A DNA stretch of 64,000 nt from contig CAWGMA010000004.1 of assembly GCA_963823555.1 (NCBI GenBank), positions 224,001 to 288,000 of the forward strand. Reading direction: 5' to 3'. Position 1 is the stretch's first letter; each line of letters begins with the position of its first letter. A program made the position numbers and the translations under genes. Shown piece by piece: positions 62,245 to 64,000 of the stretch. This DNA comes from Candidatus Eiseniibacteriota bacterium. Lineage in GTDB: Bacteria > Eisenbacteria > RBG-16-71-46 > CAVPCR01. Under the pieces are notes generated by a model. That model ran no database searches. It was not told the origin of the DNA and saw nothing but the letters and a program-made list of their open reading frames with translations.

Positions 62245-63354
62245 CTACTGCGGGAAGGAGGGTGGAGGGGTGTCCGCGTAACCCTCGCCCTCGAGGGCTC
62301 GCATGAAGGCGACGACGGCGTCCACCTCCTCGGGAGCCAGCCCGAGCGGGCGGATCTTGGGGCTCAGGTGTGGATTGGGCGTGCCGCCTCGGTTGTAGTG
62401 CTCGACCGTTTCGCGCAGGGTGAGGATGGAGCCGTCGTGCATGTAGGGGGCGTGCTTCGTCACCTCGCGCAAGGTCGGCGTCTTGAACGCTCCGATGTCT
62501 TCGGCCTGCCCGCTCACCTTGGCCCGGCCGGAATCGGCAAAGACCTGCGCCGCCGCGTTCCACCCGATGCCCAGGTTATGGAACTTGGAGTCGGCGAAGT
62601 TCCAGCCGACATGACACTGACTGCACTCCGCCTTGCCGAAGAAGAGCTCGGCTCCCTGCTGCGCCTGTTTCGACAGCGCCGACCGGTCGCCGTTCTCGAA
62701 ACGGTCCCAGGATGAGTTCCCGGAGAGCCGCGTCGCCTCGTAGGCTGCGATGGCCTCGGCCACCCGATCGATGTTGATCGCCTGATCGCCATAGACTTGA
62801 GCGAACACGCGCCTGTAGCCGGGGATATTCGCCACCACGTCGACCACGATGTCATGAGTCATCCCCATCTCGACCGGGTTCTCCATCGGGCCCTTCGCCT
62901 GCTCGATGAGCGATGTGGCTCTGCCATCCCAGAAGAACACATCGTAGAGCGGCCAGGCCCCGTTCAAGAAGGTCGGGGCCTTGCGCGAGCCGCGTTTCCC
63001 TCCGATCCCGGTCGAGACCGGTGTCGGCTCCGAGAAGGCGTGCTCCGGCCGGTGGCAGGTCGCGCAGGAGACCGTGCCATCGCTCGAGAGACGGGTGTCA
63101 TAGAAGAGCCAGCGTCCGAGCCGAACCTTCTCCGGCGTCACCGTGAAATCGAGCGTGGTGAAGTCGGCCGCAACCCCCAGGGGCGGAGTGGGTAAGGGGG
63201 CGACGGGACTGGCGGCTTCCCAGTTGCGTGCCGCCCGGTCCGGGGAGCGCCCACAGGCGATCCCAGCGAGTGTGATGGCGATCGCCAGCGGCATGAGCCC
63301 GCGGGCGGTGGCGGGGAGCCGCGTGCCCCACGGGATCGGCTCAACGCGAAACAT
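62245..63354 (-). CDS. Di-heme cytochrome c peroxidase/MauG family protein
   Basis: LGR.LFYD.RLS, SCATCH, FWDGRA..L..QA, CSQCH, FKTPTLR...HAPYMHDGS; lipobox-like LAGIAC; true start may be 63294. Confidence 0.92.
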   Translation of the reverse strand: MFRVEPIPWGTRLPATARGLMPLAIAITLAGIACGRSPDRAARNWEAASPVAPLPTPPLGVAADFTTLDFTVTPEKVRLGRWLFYDTRLSSDGTVSCATCHRPEHAFSEPTPVSTGIGGKRGSRKAPTFLNGAWPLYDVFFWDGRATSLIEQAKGPMENPVEMGMTHDIVVDVVANIPGYRRVFAQVYGDQAINIDRVAEAIAAYEATRLSGNSSWDRFENGDRSALSKQAQQGAELFFGKAECSQCHVGWNFADSKFHNLGIGWNAAAQVFADSGRAKVSGQAEDIGAFKTPTLREVTKHAPYMHDGSILTLRETVEHYNRGGTPNPHLSPKIRPLGLAPEEVDAVVAFMRALEGEGYADTPPPSFPQ

Positions 63355-63398
63355 GCGTCCTCCATCGCCCGGTTCCCTCCGGGCGCTGCGGCCGGGAT

Positions 63399-64000
63399 CT
63401 ATCCGTAGGAGTGGTTGCCGGAGAGGATGATGTTGCCGATGAAGGAGAGCACCGTCATCAGGAAGCCGATGATGGACATCCAGGCGGCGCGCGTGCCGCG
63501 CCAGTCGCGCTGCAGGCGAGCGTGCAAGTAGCCCGTGTAGAAGAGCCAGATGATCAGCGATCCGACTTCCTTCGGGTCCCAGCTCCAGAAGGCTCCCCAG
63601 GCATTGTGAGCCCAGATCGCCCCGGCGAAGAGGGCGCCGATCGTGAACAGCGGGTACCCGATGGCAATGGCCCGGTAGTTGATCTCGTCGAGGAGTTCCG
63701 GCGAGGGCAGGCGCCGCTCGCCGCCACCCCCGATTCGCTGCGTCACGAGGTACATGACGCTCACGGCGAAGGCGACGGCGAAGGCTCCCTCACCCAGGGC
63801 GGCAAGCGAGACATGGATGGTGAGCCAGTAGCTCTGCAGCGCCGGGACGAGCTGCTGCGTGATGTCCTTGGGGAGCAGCGAGGCGGCGACGACGAGAGCG
63901 AAGACGAGCGGCGCCACGAAGACGCCAATGACGAGCTTGCGATAACGCCAGAGCAGAAGTCCGAAGGATACCACCGCCATCCATGACATTGCCGTCGCGT
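63399..64000 (-). CDS. ccsA: Cytochrome c biogenesis protein CcsA/ResC (5' end outside the window)
   Basis: PALQSYWL.IH, GAIWA..AWG.FWSWDPKE, YLH, terminal HSY. Confidence 0.93.
   Translation of the reverse strand, partial: ATAMSWMAVVSFGLLLWRYRKLVIGVFVAPLVFALVVAASLLPKDITQQLVPALQSYWLTIHVSLAALGEGAFAVAFAVSVMYLVTQRIGGGGERRLPSPELLDEINYRAIAIGYPLFTIGALFAGAIWAHNAWGAFWSWDPKEVGSLIIWLFYTGYLHARLQRDWRGTRAAWMSIIGFLMTVLSFIGNIILSGNHSYG

Overview
High-GC bacterial chromosomal segment with about 51 protein-coding genes. I found no rRNA, tRNA, CRISPR array or intact mobile element. Several secreted proteins end in FlgD-Ig/T9SS-like tails and two end in a 'TWGxIK' motif, which suggests (inference) an uncultured FCB-related lineage such as Ca. 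Eisenbacteria, Krumholzibacteriota or Latescibacterota. Main content, left to right: aceE, a Zn-ribbon TrmH and a Tat amidase; an outer-membrane barrel pair followed by an apparently exported AmmeMemoRadiSam system (Tat-signal radical SAM carrying an extra CxxCH motif, AmrB-AmrA fusion, degenerate spermidine-synthase-like membrane protein); a patch of small accessory and stress genes (DUF134, solo HTH/AT-hook protein, GT2, LAB_N, baeRF); an ECF sigma/FecR pair; a second radical SAM; a histidine-ammonia-lyase-family gene frameshifted at its MIO triad; an AAA-LuxR regulator with a methyltransferase; two secreted metallopeptidases; an HcrA/HcrC-like molybdoenzyme lacking an adjacent FAD subunit, with Moco accessory genes separated from it by a glycosidase and a MacAB-type transporter; prolyl oligopeptidase, YyaL, a di-heme peroxidase and a truncated ccsA. 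All calls come from motif reading only; no searches were run, and many start codons are my estimates.
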